From assembly GCA_002811645.1 (NCBI GenBank), contig PDIP01000017.1, positions 124,001 to 188,000 of the forward strand: a stretch of DNA of 64,000 nucleotides, in the 5' to 3' direction. This DNA is from Corallochytrium limacisporum Hawaii (taxonomy: Eukaryota > Protista > Pluriformea). The translations under genes were made by a program, and so were the position numbers. Shown here piece by piece: positions 9,869 to 21,620 of the stretch (its first letter is position 1; every line of letters starts with the position of its first letter). Under the pieces are notes generated by a model, which saw only the letters and a program-made list of their open reading frames with translations, was not told the DNA's origin and did not search any database.

Positions 9869-10693
9869 TCATAGACTCATTTGAACGAATCCTTCGTTGG
9901 TGCTTATGTTTTCACTACTCTGGGTAAGCTGGCTCTCAGTGTCACCTTGGCTTGGGGCCAAGGAGAGATGGGCCACGCTTCCAGAGCCATCTGCCGTCTT
10001 GCCACCGAAGATAGTGAACCGCTTGCTACCGTATCGGGACTGGGGACGATTAACTTGCTTATATTCCAGGTAGGCTACGCTGGCAATCATCAAGAGCATG
10101 CAGAAACAAACCACCAAAATGGAATACCAAGGAGCATCGTGCATGGCAAGACCCATTGCAACATTCATCCAAGCAACGCAAACTGTGCCGACCCCCATTC
10201 CGCGGTGAGTCTTTTTCCAAGGGGTCCTTTTCTTGCAATAATTGTTATACTGTACAGAATGTGCAAGTATCATATTCTCCATTTGTGGTTCAGGACCTTC
10301 TTTTCCGTTTGCTTTCCAGACGTGCATATGCTTCCTCCACATCGCTTCCGGAGAAGCAGGTTCGACGGGTCGGAAAATTCCTAGGCCAAGCTGGGATATC
10401 AGCCCGACGAACACAATATAGCCAAACGAGTGATGAGTCACTGTTAAATTTGACATCTGCGTGTAATCCTGATCCACACCGTCGTTGTAAATTGCTATTG
10501 CCCAACCAGAGAGGAACACTAGCAGCGACATGACCTGGACCATCACATGGTGAAAGAACCAGTTCTTCGTAATTTTATACCGAGATAAGATCATGCCAAA
10601 CGGCAAGAATATTACGAAGACGATGCCCATCAATGCGCCATGCGCATGGAATAGCGTAGTCTCAAGTTCATTGACCGACTGTTGATCATCCAT
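9869..10693 (-). CDS. Cytochrome b561 family transmembrane protein
   Basis: Heme-ligand pattern AHGALM, WFFHHVMVQ, HHSFGY and WKKTHRGMG with about 5 TM segments. First ATG at 10693; the ORF-track start is TTG. Confidence 0.85.
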   Translation of the reverse strand: MDDQQSVNELETTLFHAHGALMGIVFVIFLPFGMILSRYKITKNWFFHHVMVQVMSLLVFLSGWAIAIYNDGVDQDYTQMSNLTVTHHSFGYIVFVGLISQLGLGIFRPVEPASPEAMWRKHMHVWKANGKEGPEPQMENMILAHSVQYNNYCKKRTPWKKTHRGMGVGTVCVAWMNVAMGLAMHDAPWYSILVVCFCMLLMIASVAYLEYKQVNRPQSRYGSKRFTIFGGKTADGSGSVAHLSLAPSQGDTESQLTQSSENISTNEGFVQMSL

Positions 10694-11226
10694 CTTGCCA
10701 TCTGGTGTGATTCTATATGCTCCCAAGGGACCGAATTACAATGATAGATGCCTCCATAACTGGATTTCAAATACCTCCCATGATTACAATAAAGCTTAAA
10801 AATATGTCCAGAGTTCATGTTTGAGGTGTGATGCAAGTGTCCATGAGAACACAGGCCTGCACAGTGACCGTCGCCCTAGACCAAACCCATGCCACACAGG
10901 ATCCTCCCTCTCATACTCGCTCACCCTTTCCCCCAATTTCGGTGCTCTCCTTGACGATCCACCTTCTACTGTGAAGTTTTCCTCGGTTCCGTACTTTCAG
11001 TATGGAAACCAAGGGACAAAAGTTTCGTCTGTTATTCTCCAGCCCACCCACCTGCTGTCTCTTCCAGTTTGCGTAGAAAACACACGCCGGGCGGGTTTGG
11101 TTGACGACCGCATAAAACAATCAATATTATCGATTCGAAACGAGAAGGAGTGTGGACTTCCCCCAGTTTACATGTAATACGCCATGTGTAATGATGTTGA
11201 TGACTATGACTATGGAAAATAGTAGA

Positions 11227-12252
11227 CTATGTGATGACAGTCCGCGCACCACGGCCGGCTTTCTTGGGCTTAGCAAAGCCACGAGCCTTTTGAACCTTCG
11301 GCGGGTTGAGGTCCTTGGCAAGCTCGGCCAATTCGCTATGTTCGGTGATTTCCATGCGGCGCGCAAATTCCAGACCTTGCTGTTTGAGTTCATCAATAAG
11401 AGTCTCTTTTGCACTTGCATACATCATTCGTTCCTTGATGGAGCCTTTGAACCCCGGACTCGCGTAGATGAAGACATTCTTCTTCTCTGGCTCACCATTG
11501 AGTTCAGTCTTGAAGAGAATATAGCACGGGTGATCTTCCGGAGCCAGGGCAGAGATCTGTTCTGGAGTGGTACCATTCTCTGTCCGCACACAGTGAATCT
11601 GTTCATCCTTGATATTGATGCTCAGTACCACACAGTCAGCGTCCCCATTTACCATTTTGGTGACTCCCGCAATGGCATCACTATTGAGTCCCAATGCAAT
11701 GCCACCCATTTGATTTGTTCCTCTTGTACTAATTCCATGAGTAGCTGCACCCTCAAACTTCTTAATCTCAGCTGCAATTTCTTCATCCTGGGTCAGCGGA
11801 GCGGCGGACTCATCGTGCCGGACACTTGCTTGGAACCCTGCAAGGTTAACGTCTTCAGGTACCGTACCGTAGATGTCATACTTGACGTAGTCTGCACCGA
11901 AGCCCTTTCGGAGGGTCAATTTTGTGCTAGCGTACAACATCTTCATGCGGACCATAGCGTTGTCCGGGACGTAAAGGATCAGTGTCCAGTTGTAGTTCCC
12001 TCCAGACGGGTTTTTCTCATCTGTGCGAATCAGCATGTAGCAAGGCTTCTGGTCCGAAATGAAATCGTTGACCACAGAATCATAGTCATCCTCCATAGAT
12101 CCGCTCACAGATTTGGTACCATTCTCAGCTATGCAGAGGCTCTCATCTACAATAACTACCTTTACAGCACGGATGCCGCTCTCGGCCTCCCTGGCTTGCG
12201 ACAGGCGAGACTCGAGTTCGCTGCCGACTGCAATGCCAGACTGTTGCGCCAT
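11227..12252 (-). CDS. TWF1: Twinfilin (tandem ADF-H actin-binding protein)
   Basis: Two ADF-H repeats (VRMKMLYASTK and IKERMMYASAK); C-terminal capping-protein-binding tail FAKPKKAGRG. Confidence 0.93.
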   Translation of the reverse strand: MAQQSGIAVGSELESRLSQAREAESGIRAVKVVIVDESLCIAENGTKSVSGSMEDDYDSVVNDFISDQKPCYMLIRTDEKNPSGGNYNWTLILYVPDNAMVRMKMLYASTKLTLRKGFGADYVKYDIYGTVPEDVNLAGFQASVRHDESAAPLTQDEEIAAEIKKFEGAATHGISTRGTNQMGGIALGLNSDAIAGVTKMVNGDADCVVLSINIKDEQIHCVRTENGTTPEQISALAPEDHPCYILFKTELNGEPEKKNVFIYASPGFKGSIKERMMYASAKETLIDELKQQGLEFARRMEITEHSELAELAKDLNPPKVQKARGFAKPKKAGRGARTVIT

Positions 12253-12811
12253 TTTACCTATTTACGCAAGGACTTGCACTACCAAAATGGATCTAGTAAC
12301 CATGGAAGGTGTCCTTCTTGTAACACCATGAAATAGCATCTCCAGCGGTGCCTATGCTGTGCTTCTGTCTTTCGTACGGGGTTCACATGCACACACCCTC
12401 ACCCTGTGGGGGCCAATCACAGCCCTGGCTTTGTTTTGCCTTTCTACAGCACGGATTCCCCGTCTCTATTGTGTCAGTATAAGCAACCCCCAAATCTACT
12501 ATCATCTTTCCTCTTCGCCAGGGAACGGACGTAATTCACATAACTAAGTGTTCAGTTATTTGCCCCAGGCGGGAGGGGAAGGTGCCAGCCGATGTACGAA
12601 AGCCATTTTGTTGGGCCCTCCCTTGCCGCCGCTCCGCGGAGGCAGGCTGAAACGACGTAACAGTGAGCTATGTAAAGGTAAACTGGCGGCACGCAGTATA
12701 TTCGTGAATAAATATTTGCGAGACTTGTTCAGGAAACGTGAAAAGTTAAAGAGATGTATGACTATGTTGGTTGAAATAGTATGGTAGATTCGGACACCGA
12801 CTAGTAGAATC

Positions 12812-14422
12812 ATGGTTGCCCACGAGCCGACTGTCGTCACCACAGAAGGGACATACGAGTCACTGGACTCGGGTCCGATTTCGGTTGAGCACGTGCTGTC
12901 TCTGCCTGAATATTTGGAGACAATGCCTTCCGGTGCTCTTGACAGACTGCATGATAACCCCTCAACTTGCTTAGGAGTACTGCGAGGCCTTCCAGATCTA
13001 GCCAGAATGTATGTTATGCGACTCTTGCCCTTATCAAAACCGCTGCCCGTGGACGTTGTGCGAATGTGGCTTAAACCGGGGGACGCAGCAGATTTGCAGC
13101 ATGAACGAACACTGCAAACGTTATACCGTCGTCGTGTTTGCCAGAAGGGAGAACCTGAATCACATGGGGGCCAACAAATTGACACAATCATGCTCTGTAA
13201 AAATTTTGCAAAGAACTTATCTGTCGCGCTCAATGGCGGTGGTCAACCTTGGACATCTGCCAAGGAAATCGAACCAGAGAAAGAACAGTATCAAAAGACT
13301 ACAGACCAGTTACAAGCGATCGCCCGGGAACGGTGGGACGCCGTTCTGCGTTACACGGTAAATCCGAACCAGGCACTTATCACAGACACAGCACGTGCCG
13401 TGCTTGCCAGCGCTGGCTACCTGACAGAGACACCAGATGGTACGATTAGTATTACTAAGAAGGGATTCCATTTCGTCCTCATGGATTGGCACGGTCAAGT
13501 CTGGGCCTTTATGAAATGTTATCTGGAAATGATTCAGCGTGACCCAGACTTTGAGTCCTTCAACCTGGTGGAGACCATCGCCTTTCTATTTCAATTGTCC
13601 TTCTCTAAGTTTGGGCGGGCATATCCTTTCGATGTCCTTTCAGAGACACAGCAGGGTGTAGTACAGCATCTTCGAGAGTTTGGATTGGTTTACAAGAGAA
13701 ACAAGAAGTCGAACTGGTACTATCCTACTAAGATTGCGATTGAGCTGGCTGCAGGTGGTGCTAGTGGTGGAACAGATGCCGGTTTGGGGGGGATGGACAG
13801 TGCAGATGCCCAGACATTGGATGTCAGCGGTGGAAAAGGCTACCTCTTAGTTGAGACAAACTACATCGTGTATGCATACACCACCAGCCCACTGAACATC
13901 TCACTTTTGCATTTGTTCGTGGAACTTGAATGTCGGTTCCCAAACATGGTGCGCGGGCGCATCACCCGTGACAGTTGTAATCGGGCATTTCGGAAGGGTA
14001 TCACTGCGGAGCAGATCCTTCATTTCTTGCGATCGAATGCACACCCTAGAATGAAGGCCAAGGCTATGGGCCACAACTTTGCTGATGCATCCCTGGGAGG
14101 GTTGGACGTCATGGCGGGCGACGAAGGCAGGCCAAAAAAGCCCATCCTGCCGGAGACTGTATCCGATCAGATCCGACTATGGGAACGTGAGAAGTTCTTG
14201 CTTGTGTTTAACCAGGCCTATTTCTACGAAAATTTTGCGAACTATGCGGATTTTCAGGCCATGGTGGATCATTCAAAGATTATTGGTTGTCACCTGTGGC
14301 ATTCCGATGCGAAGCGCATCCTGTCTGTGGACCAAGACCGCCACGCAGAGATGAAGCGCTTCTGGAAGGATTACCGCAAGCGCTGTCAGGGAAATCTAGT
14401 GCGTGAGGAGGGCGAGGATTGA
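12812..14422 (+). CDS. GTF2H4: TFIIH subunit p52/Tfb2
   Basis: Motifs LVETNYIVYAYT, RFPNMV, ITRDS, GITAEQILHFL, HP and LPETVSDQIRLWE. Confidence 0.95.
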   Translation: MVAHEPTVVTTEGTYESLDSGPISVEHVLSLPEYLETMPSGALDRLHDNPSTCLGVLRGLPDLARMYVMRLLPLSKPLPVDVVRMWLKPGDAADLQHERTLQTLYRRRVCQKGEPESHGGQQIDTIMLCKNFAKNLSVALNGGGQPWTSAKEIEPEKEQYQKTTDQLQAIARERWDAVLRYTVNPNQALITDTARAVLASAGYLTETPDGTISITKKGFHFVLMDWHGQVWAFMKCYLEMIQRDPDFESFNLVETIAFLFQLSFSKFGRAYPFDVLSETQQGVVQHLREFGLVYKRNKKSNWYYPTKIAIELAAGGASGGTDAGLGGMDSADAQTLDVSGGKGYLLVETNYIVYAYTTSPLNISLLHLFVELECRFPNMVRGRITRDSCNRAFRKGITAEQILHFLRSNAHPRMKAKAMGHNFADASLGGLDVMAGDEGRPKKPILPETVSDQIRLWEREKFLLVFNQAYFYENFANYADFQAMVDHSKIIGCHLWHSDAKRILSVDQDRHAEMKRFWKDYRKRCQGNLVREEGED

Positions 14423-14511
14423 TTGCAACGATCTATGGTACCTTTTTTCTATTCTGCTTTTAAGATCATGCTGTGCGAGACCGTGATTGATTTGTCTTTC
14501 CCAGAGATCAT

Positions 14512-14946
14512 TTACTTGGTCAGAGACTTGCGCAGGTCGTTGAATGCGTCGAGCTTCTTGTACTTGTTGTCCTGAACAACCTCTTGGTCGGCATCGCTGC
14601 TGAAGTTGGTGGTCCACTCCATGAAAGTCTGGTTGGTCTCCGACACGCGGTACAGACGCATGGTGGACACAGAGCTCATAACCTTCAAGGCAGGCTCGCT
14701 GCTGATCACTTCGTAAGTGACGTAGTATTCGAGCTCAGACACCTCAATGACCTTAACCATCTGGACTGTACCATCCTTGAAAGTGATCTTGCGCACACCA
14801 CCGACCTCAGTGGCGGCACAGTTGTCCAGCTCACAGCCAGTGACGAGGTTCCACCAGCCATGCTGGCAGCCCTTGATCACGTTCCACACTGTCTCAACAG
14901 TGGCATCCAAAACGCAGGACTCAACGTTACGAGAAGGGGTTGTCAT
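14512..14946 (-). CDS. SRPBCC/Bet v1-like (polyketide cyclase/dehydrase fold) protein
   Basis: 144 aa. VLDATVETVWNVI, EVGGVRKITFKDG and TFMEWTTNF are typical of this family; strong codon bias. Confidence 0.8.
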   Translation of the reverse strand: MTTPSRNVESCVLDATVETVWNVIKGCQHGWWNLVTGCELDNCAATEVGGVRKITFKDGTVQMVKVIEVSELEYYVTYEVISSEPALKVMSSVSTMRLYRVSETNQTFMEWTTNFSSDADQEVVQDNKYKKLDAFNDLRKSLTK

Positions 14947-16644
14947 GTTTGATTTTTAATAGAGTGCTGTGCCAGTGTTAACGTGACATAGTTCACTTGG
15001 CGTCACGTCGCATCGAGAGCATAGCATCCCATCAAGTAGCTCGCAAGATAGGCGTGGTAATAAACTGGCTCTTTTCCACCGCGTCCGATGAAAAGGGAAC
15101 CCGCAATAGGCCCAATGTCCCCACCCACTCCTAATAGTATAGAAAACAAAGGAGAGTATTCGAGCGAAAGAGGCAAAACATTGGCCACTGTTTGTTTTTT
15201 TCTTTGTCGTAATACTTGACGATCCCTTCCCTCACCAAAGGCTGAGATCGAGAACCCCACCTCCAACAGCAATACCAAGTAAAAACAAATGAAAGTCAGA
15301 GACCAACATCCAGTTCTTTCAGTACTGCCACGAGCAACTCAACGGTGGCGGCGAAAATTTTACCGATGGGGAAAAGCTTAAAAACCCACCGTGCCGTGCA
15401 TCCTCATGGCTGCTGCTGAGTCGAACGACCGGTTCCTTCACAGCCATACCTGCGCAGTATTCAATGTACCGGGTAGAACAGGTTCGCATTCGGACTCCCC
15501 GATGGAAGGGAGGGACTTTTTGAGTGCTGACCAGGACCGATATTGCTACTTTGATTCTGAATTTTAGGCCCCGACCAGGTAACCATCTCTCCTCAATATT
15601 ATTGATTATATCTACATAGATTACGTTGGTTATTAACCACAAGTCCACAGCCGGCGATTGGAATGAATGTCGATGATGTTTCCTCGAACATACTTGAACC
15701 GCACCCCCCTTCCACTTCCTTTCGAAAGCGTTGCTGGTATACTGATTATATGCCCTTGCTTTCCAGTTTGCGAACTAAACAAAATAGATGTTTCATCTTC
15801 TGGTGGACTCCCCCTCCCCTTCCAAACTGGCAGGGCCTTATGCTTCGGACAAGTAAAAAAAAAACTCGCCCAATACCGTACACACGGCAGCGGCCAGAGG
15901 TGAGGTCCTGCCACCTTGGGAAAGTTGGGGTACCGATAGGCTAAAAAAAAATTCCCTTTCTTGACCTTGCAAGCACACGGCCCACTATTCTTGACCTTTT
16001 TCTTCACAGTCAATTTGTCATTCACTCTGTCCCGAGAAGCCCTATATTCAGTACAGAGATGGGGATCGGATGGTGATGCAAGGAGGAGTCGTTGGCGTGG
16101 TGGCTGTGTGCCACTGCGAGCTGCTGGCGGGTTAGTGTGAGGAGAGTGGAGGAGGGGTGGCCGGGGGGGAGGGGGAAGGAAGGGAGCGGAGGTGTGGGCA
16201 ACCACCTCCGGGAGGGTTTAACCCGCGCGGGCTGTTTCGACCTTTTGCCGACTTCCCAGTCATTTTGAACTGGGGATACGGGGAAATTAGAAGCGCTTCG
16301 GATTCGGTGCCCACATCCGCTCCGCTTAAATGTGCCGCCAAGGATGGTAGTGCTAGTTGGAACGAGGGGGAGAGACCCAAGATACCTGCGTGTTCCTGGC
16401 ATCGGCGTTGACCTCTTGATGTGGTAGATGCCACGATACCGCACGGAGCCCCTGAAAGCCTTATGGTCTACGTCCATTTCAAGTATTTAGAACCGGGTAA
16501 GCCAAAATGGGAGGCAAATGACGGGGCAATAAGTCGGGCCTTCTCATAGCCGTGATTAGGATCTGACAAGAATCAGTATCTTTCGTTAGACATGTGGGTC
16601 TCATTCAGAATCGGATATAGCGCAAAACAATAGATCCAAGTAGA

Positions 16645-18027
16645 ATGCCACCAGGTGTGGAACAAATCCGCAGACCTGAGCTCTTATGGGTGGAGCAATA
16701 TGAGGCCTCTGTGGCCTCTATGGAGCATGGTCTCCTGGAGTATAGTCACCTCATGCAGATCCCGACAGATGAGCAGACTGCCGGGGACCTAGAAGAGACC
16801 CCGTTGCTGAGATCTTCTGTAGACGAATGTGGAAGGTGTAACAACGCACAAACCACATACAATGCATGCAATGTGCTCATGGGTGCTGGCATCCTAAGCC
16901 TACCTTTCGCTATGAAGCTCTCGGGATGGGTCGCTGGTGTAGCCTTGTTTCTGTCGCTGTCCATGTTGACGAACTACACAGCCAAGTTACTGGCTGTCTG
17001 TCTTGCGGAAGGCAGGCAGCGCGGTATTCCTGCACAGAGTTACCCTGATCTTGGAGAAGCAGTGGCAGGGAAACTTGGGCGACACGGCCTCGGAACAGTT
17101 TTCTTTCTCGACCTAGTTTGCAGTGGAGTCATGTTCGTCATTCTCTTTGCAGACTCCATGGTGGGACTGATTCCGAGTCTACCGCGTACAGCCACCATAC
17201 TCGGATTCTGTACTGTAATGACACCCGTTCTGTGGACAGCCAATATGAGGCGTCTGTCCTTCACCAGTTTCTTGGGAATGGCATCATGTATAGCCGTTTT
17301 AGTAGCCTTGCTGCTTGTGGGGACAGTTGACGACAAGTTCAAAAACCTAGTACAAAACACATCATGGTCACCGCCACATGGAGCGCCAGGCATTCTTTTG
17401 TCGTATGGAATAGTAATGATGGCGTACTGTGGGCATGCGACGTACCCTTCTATTCTCGGAGCTATGAAGACTCCAAAGCACGCAAAGTTTGTAGTTAACG
17501 CCTCATATGCCATAGTAGTTCTGGTATATTTCGGTATGGCCCTTCTGGGGTACGTAATGTTTGGTGAAGACACTGCGAAGGAGATTACTTTGAACTTCCC
17601 CCGCGGTTTGATCAGCATGGCAGCGTTGACAATGGTCACAATCAACACAGCCATGAAGTACCCCTTAATTGTTGATCCCGCAGCGACTTATGTTGAAGCC
17701 ATTGCAATGTCCATGCACCCTCAGCTGGCTGAAAGTGGAAAGGGCAAGAAACACAAACCGCCTCTCTGGTTGCGTGCCATGGTTCGGACATTTCTTGTGG
17801 CCCTTACCGCCGTGGTGTCGATCACCGTATCCGACTTCGCGAGGGTTCTGTCCTTCATGGGAGCTGTTTTTGCCTCACTACTTGCGTTGATCTTCCCGTT
17901 CTATTGCTATCTCAAGATCATTGGACCACAATTATCTGTCTGGTCAAGAACTGCGCACTGGATTCTGTTCTGGGGTAGCATCGGCCTCTCTGTCGCGGGT
18001 GTTTATGGATCGATCTCCATGGACTAG
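16645..18027 (+). CDS. Amino acid transporter, AAAP/AVT1-like (SLC32/36/38 clan)
   Basis: Motifs NVLMGAGILSLPFA, SYPDLG and YCGHATYPSI; about 11 TM segments; acidic dileucine-like EETPLL in the N-terminus. Confidence 0.9.
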   Translation: MPPGVEQIRRPELLWVEQYEASVASMEHGLLEYSHLMQIPTDEQTAGDLEETPLLRSSVDECGRCNNAQTTYNACNVLMGAGILSLPFAMKLSGWVAGVALFLSLSMLTNYTAKLLAVCLAEGRQRGIPAQSYPDLGEAVAGKLGRHGLGTVFFLDLVCSGVMFVILFADSMVGLIPSLPRTATILGFCTVMTPVLWTANMRRLSFTSFLGMASCIAVLVALLLVGTVDDKFKNLVQNTSWSPPHGAPGILLSYGIVMMAYCGHATYPSILGAMKTPKHAKFVVNASYAIVVLVYFGMALLGYVMFGEDTAKEITLNFPRGLISMAALTMVTINTAMKYPLIVDPAATYVEAIAMSMHPQLAESGKGKKHKPPLWLRAMVRTFLVALTAVVSITVSDFARVLSFMGAVFASLLALIFPFYCYLKIIGPQLSVWSRTAHWILFWGSIGLSVAGVYGSISMD

Positions 18028-18831
18028 CTGTAGTATCGATTCCAACACGCAGTATTGATTTATACCGAAATACCATTAATCAATAATTAATCTAGTTTGT
18101 AGTCCAATAGAGTACTGTAGTACATTTACTACCACAGATGACTGTTTACTGGCCGTTGTTTGCATAGTCAATGTACTAGCAATCCCGGCTCCGAGGCATA
18201 GATTCTCTCTGTTTTTGTTTTGCCAAAAGATTTCTGCGTTCGCCCTGGTTAAACCAGTGCGGAAAAACGGTTCGCTCGGTATGGGTCTGGGTTCGGTCGC
18301 ATGTGGCTGTTGCAGTACAAAATCTACTGAACAGCGGCGAGGGCTTCGGCACTGTTCGGTTCACCTTCTGTGTATGGCGCGCGCCTGTTTCCCCCCTAGG
18401 GCGGAACTTCCGGAGGGCGGTGTTATGCAGATGAAAGGCCCGTACCGCTCCGCTTTTGTTGTGTTTTTCAATTCTTGGCCCCCCCAGAATGGGCTGCGAG
18501 AGGCGGCGGTGGCTCACTGCGCTCGTCTCCACAGAGCTGGAGTCCATACGAGACAGATCCATCAGCAATATTTCCGCGCCGCAATGCCAATAGAGAGAGC
18601 ACATAAGCACAGTATGTAATCCCATGGTGTTTCAGTGATTATATCGAAATAATCTATAAAAACTGCTGCTCTGGCCAAACAGTGGACTGAATAAATCTAC
18701 CAGGCTTTGGTGTGGAAGCTGGGTTTGGATACCCGAGAACTGTAAACTGGGAATAGTCTTCGAGAACTATGCTTGCGTAGTTTAGTAGATGGATAGGTAT
18801 CGGGAGCCATTAGATCATAATTAGTTTCAAA

Positions 18832-21507
18832 ATGGCGCAGTTTGACACAGGTTTCAAGAAGGATGAGGAAGAGATTGTGGGCATGCCCTTTGGACACATG
18901 GACAAGTCCAGTGTCATCCAAGAGGCTCGCGGTCTCTTCAACAAGTCCCCCATTCAAATCAGAAAGTCAGCAGTGGTTTTGACGAAGCTACTGCTGATTA
19001 TCAACCAGGGAGAACAAATTGGCACGCGAGAAGCAACCGAGGTTTTCTTCGCGATCACGAAACTGTTCCAGAGCCGTGATATTATGCTACGTCGCCTGGT
19101 TTACCTTGCTATTAAGGATTTATCAAGTATGGCTGAAGATGTAATCATTGTGACTTCTTCTCTGACCAAGGACATGACTGCTAGCGAGGGCATCTACCGG
19201 GCAAGCGCCATTCGCGCCCTGACTACGATCACAGACGCCACCATGATTCAGGCCATTGAAAGGTATCTCAAACAGGCCATTGTGGACCGCGATCCCCATG
19301 TCAGCACAGCTGCCTTGGCCTCTGCCACAACACTGCATAAGGGCAATCCGGAGGTGGTTAAACGTTGGGTAAACGAAGTCCAGGAGGCATGCAACTCTAA
19401 GGACCCTATGGTTCAGTACCATGCTTTGAGCCTTATGTATCAGATTAAGCAGCGGGATCGGCTAGCTGTGGCAAAACTGGTGACTTCGATGATGCGCAGC
19501 TCCCTGAGAAGCCCCTATGCCACGATGATGCTCATCCGCTATGCCGCACGGGTGATGCAAGAAGACCAGAGCCCGGAGACTCAGCGTCAGATGTACGATT
19601 TCTTGGAAGGATGCATGCGCCACAAGAGTGAAATGGTTATCTACGAGGCTGCGCGTACCATCTGTGCCCTGCCTCATGCCACTGCACGAGATCTGACACC
19701 TGCTGTGAGCGTGTTGCAGCTGTTCCTGAGCAGTCCTCGGGCTACCCAACGATATGCCGCTGTGAAGACCCTGAGTGCCGTTAGCTTGCACCATCCTAGC
19801 GCTGTCACCCCGTGTAACTTGGACATGGAGAACTTGATCACCGACTCCAATCGCAGCATCGCCACTCTGGCCATTACCACACTGCTGAAGACTGGGTCTG
19901 AGGCCAGTGTCGATCGATTGATGAAGCAGATTAGCAGTTTCATGAGTGAGATTCCGGATGAATTCAAGGTTGTGGTCGTACAGGCCATCCAGGCTTTGTG
20001 CATCAAATTCCCCAGTAAGCAGATGACCATGATGAGCTTTCTCTCGAGTATCCTGCGTGATGAGGGTGGCGAAGAGTACAAAGCGGCCATTGTCGACTCC
20101 ATGATCATGATTGTGTATCAGGTCGAGGAGGCCAAGGAATCTGGTCTTGCACATTTAGCTGAGTTTATTGAGGATTGCGAATTCACGAACCTCAACACCA
20201 GAGTCTTACATGTGTTGGGCAAGCTTGGACCGAAATCGAAGACCCCCTCGAAGTTCATTCGCTACATCTACAACCGCATTATTCTGGAGAATGCTACTGT
20301 GCGAGCCGCTGCCGTCAGTGTACTGGCCAAGTTTGCGCTAAACTGCCCCCAGCTGTTACCGTCCATCCGCACTCTTCTCAAGACTTGTCTGGATGACAGT
20401 GATGATGAGGTTCGGGATCGCGCTGTTATGTACCTGTGGCTACTCGACGACCCCAGCGAGAAGACCAAGTTCTACATGGATGGTGAACTTAATGTTTCCC
20501 TGCCGGCCATGGAAAAGAAACTCACGTCATATATCGAACAGCCGGAAGCCCAACCATTTGACATTGAGGCTGTTCCTGCAGCGCCCAAGAAGCGTGAGGC
20601 CACTGCCATGGATAATATCATGAGCACCATGCAGAAACCCGGCGCTGGTGTGGCACCTGTGGAGGCCAATGGCACACCTACTCCGGCTGCTGCAGCTGCT
20701 TTCGACACCAGTGAGAGTGCTGCTGATCGCCTTGCAGCCATTCCCGAGCTCGAGGGCGTGGGTAACTACTGTAAGAGCAACCGCCCTGTGCAGCTCACGG
20801 AATCTGAGACAGAGTACATGGTTACGTGCACCAAGCACCTGTTCGAGCACTACATGGTACTTGAATACGAGGTCAACAATACCCTGCCGGACCAACAGCT
20901 GGATCGAGTCAGCATGCGTGTCCAACTGGATGATCCTGAATGGACTATTGCCAAGATTGTCCCTGCCCCAGAGATCAAGTACGATAATCCGCAATGCATC
21001 TATGTTGTGCTTGCCCTTCCACAAGATATCACCAATGCCATCGTGACCGCCTCCAACACCTTGACCTTCATTATCAAGGACTGTGACCCCGAGACTGGAG
21101 AGGCTGATGAGGAGGGGTACGATGATGAGTACACAATTGAGGATCTGGATGTCGTCTTGGCGGACAATATTTCACCGGTGCATATTTCAAGCTTCCAAGG
21201 ATCTTGGGAAGAGATGGGACAAGAGTCAGAGGTTACAGAGACGTTCGAACTGGACATGTCTTCCGTCAAAGAATGCGTTGCTGCCGTACTAAAGGAACTG
21301 GGCATGCAGCCCTGCGATCGCACCGACGTTGTGGCGGACGACAAGACGCGCCACGAGCTCCTACTCGGGGGTGTTTTCCGCGGCATTGGTCGCGTGCTGG
21401 TGCGCGCTCGGATGATTTACGACCAGTCGTCTGGAGTAGCCATGCAGTTCAGCGTACGCGCAAAGAACTCGGAGGTGGCTGCTTTGATTGCTGAGAGCAT
21501 GGGGTAA
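18832..21507 (+). CDS. COPG1: Coatomer subunit gamma
   Basis: Motifs EATEVFFAITKLFQS, SNRSIATLAITTLLKTG, HLAEFIEDCEF, DEVRDRA, LTESETEY and EEGYDDEY. Confidence 0.97.
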   Translation: MAQFDTGFKKDEEEIVGMPFGHMDKSSVIQEARGLFNKSPIQIRKSAVVLTKLLLIINQGEQIGTREATEVFFAITKLFQSRDIMLRRLVYLAIKDLSSMAEDVIIVTSSLTKDMTASEGIYRASAIRALTTITDATMIQAIERYLKQAIVDRDPHVSTAALASATTLHKGNPEVVKRWVNEVQEACNSKDPMVQYHALSLMYQIKQRDRLAVAKLVTSMMRSSLRSPYATMMLIRYAARVMQEDQSPETQRQMYDFLEGCMRHKSEMVIYEAARTICALPHATARDLTPAVSVLQLFLSSPRATQRYAAVKTLSAVSLHHPSAVTPCNLDMENLITDSNRSIATLAITTLLKTGSEASVDRLMKQISSFMSEIPDEFKVVVVQAIQALCIKFPSKQMTMMSFLSSILRDEGGEEYKAAIVDSMIMIVYQVEEAKESGLAHLAEFIEDCEFTNLNTRVLHVLGKLGPKSKTPSKFIRYIYNRIILENATVRAAAVSVLAKFALNCPQLLPSIRTLLKTCLDDSDDEVRDRAVMYLWLLDDPSEKTKFYMDGELNVSLPAMEKKLTSYIEQPEAQPFDIEAVPAAPKKREATAMDNIMSTMQKPGAGVAPVEANGTPTPAAAAAFDTSESAADRLAAIPELEGVGNYCKSNRPVQLTESETEYMVTCTKHLFEHYMVLEYEVNNTLPDQQLDRVSMRVQLDDPEWTIAKIVPAPEIKYDNPQCIYVVLALPQDITNAIVTASNTLTFIIKDCDPETGEADEEGYDDEYTIEDLDVVLADNISPVHISSFQGSWEEMGQESEVTETFELDMSSVKECVAAVLKELGMQPCDRTDVVADDKTRHELLLGGVFRGIGRVLVRARMIYDQSSGVAMQFSVRAKNSEVAALIAESMG

Positions 21508-21620
21508 TCCTTGTTCTTGTCGTATAGAGTACTTTGGCGCCGAGAAAATCAAAACCATACACAAAAAAAACACATCAGAGCATAAACTCAAAAAGTCTGT
21601 CATGATAACGAGAATATAGA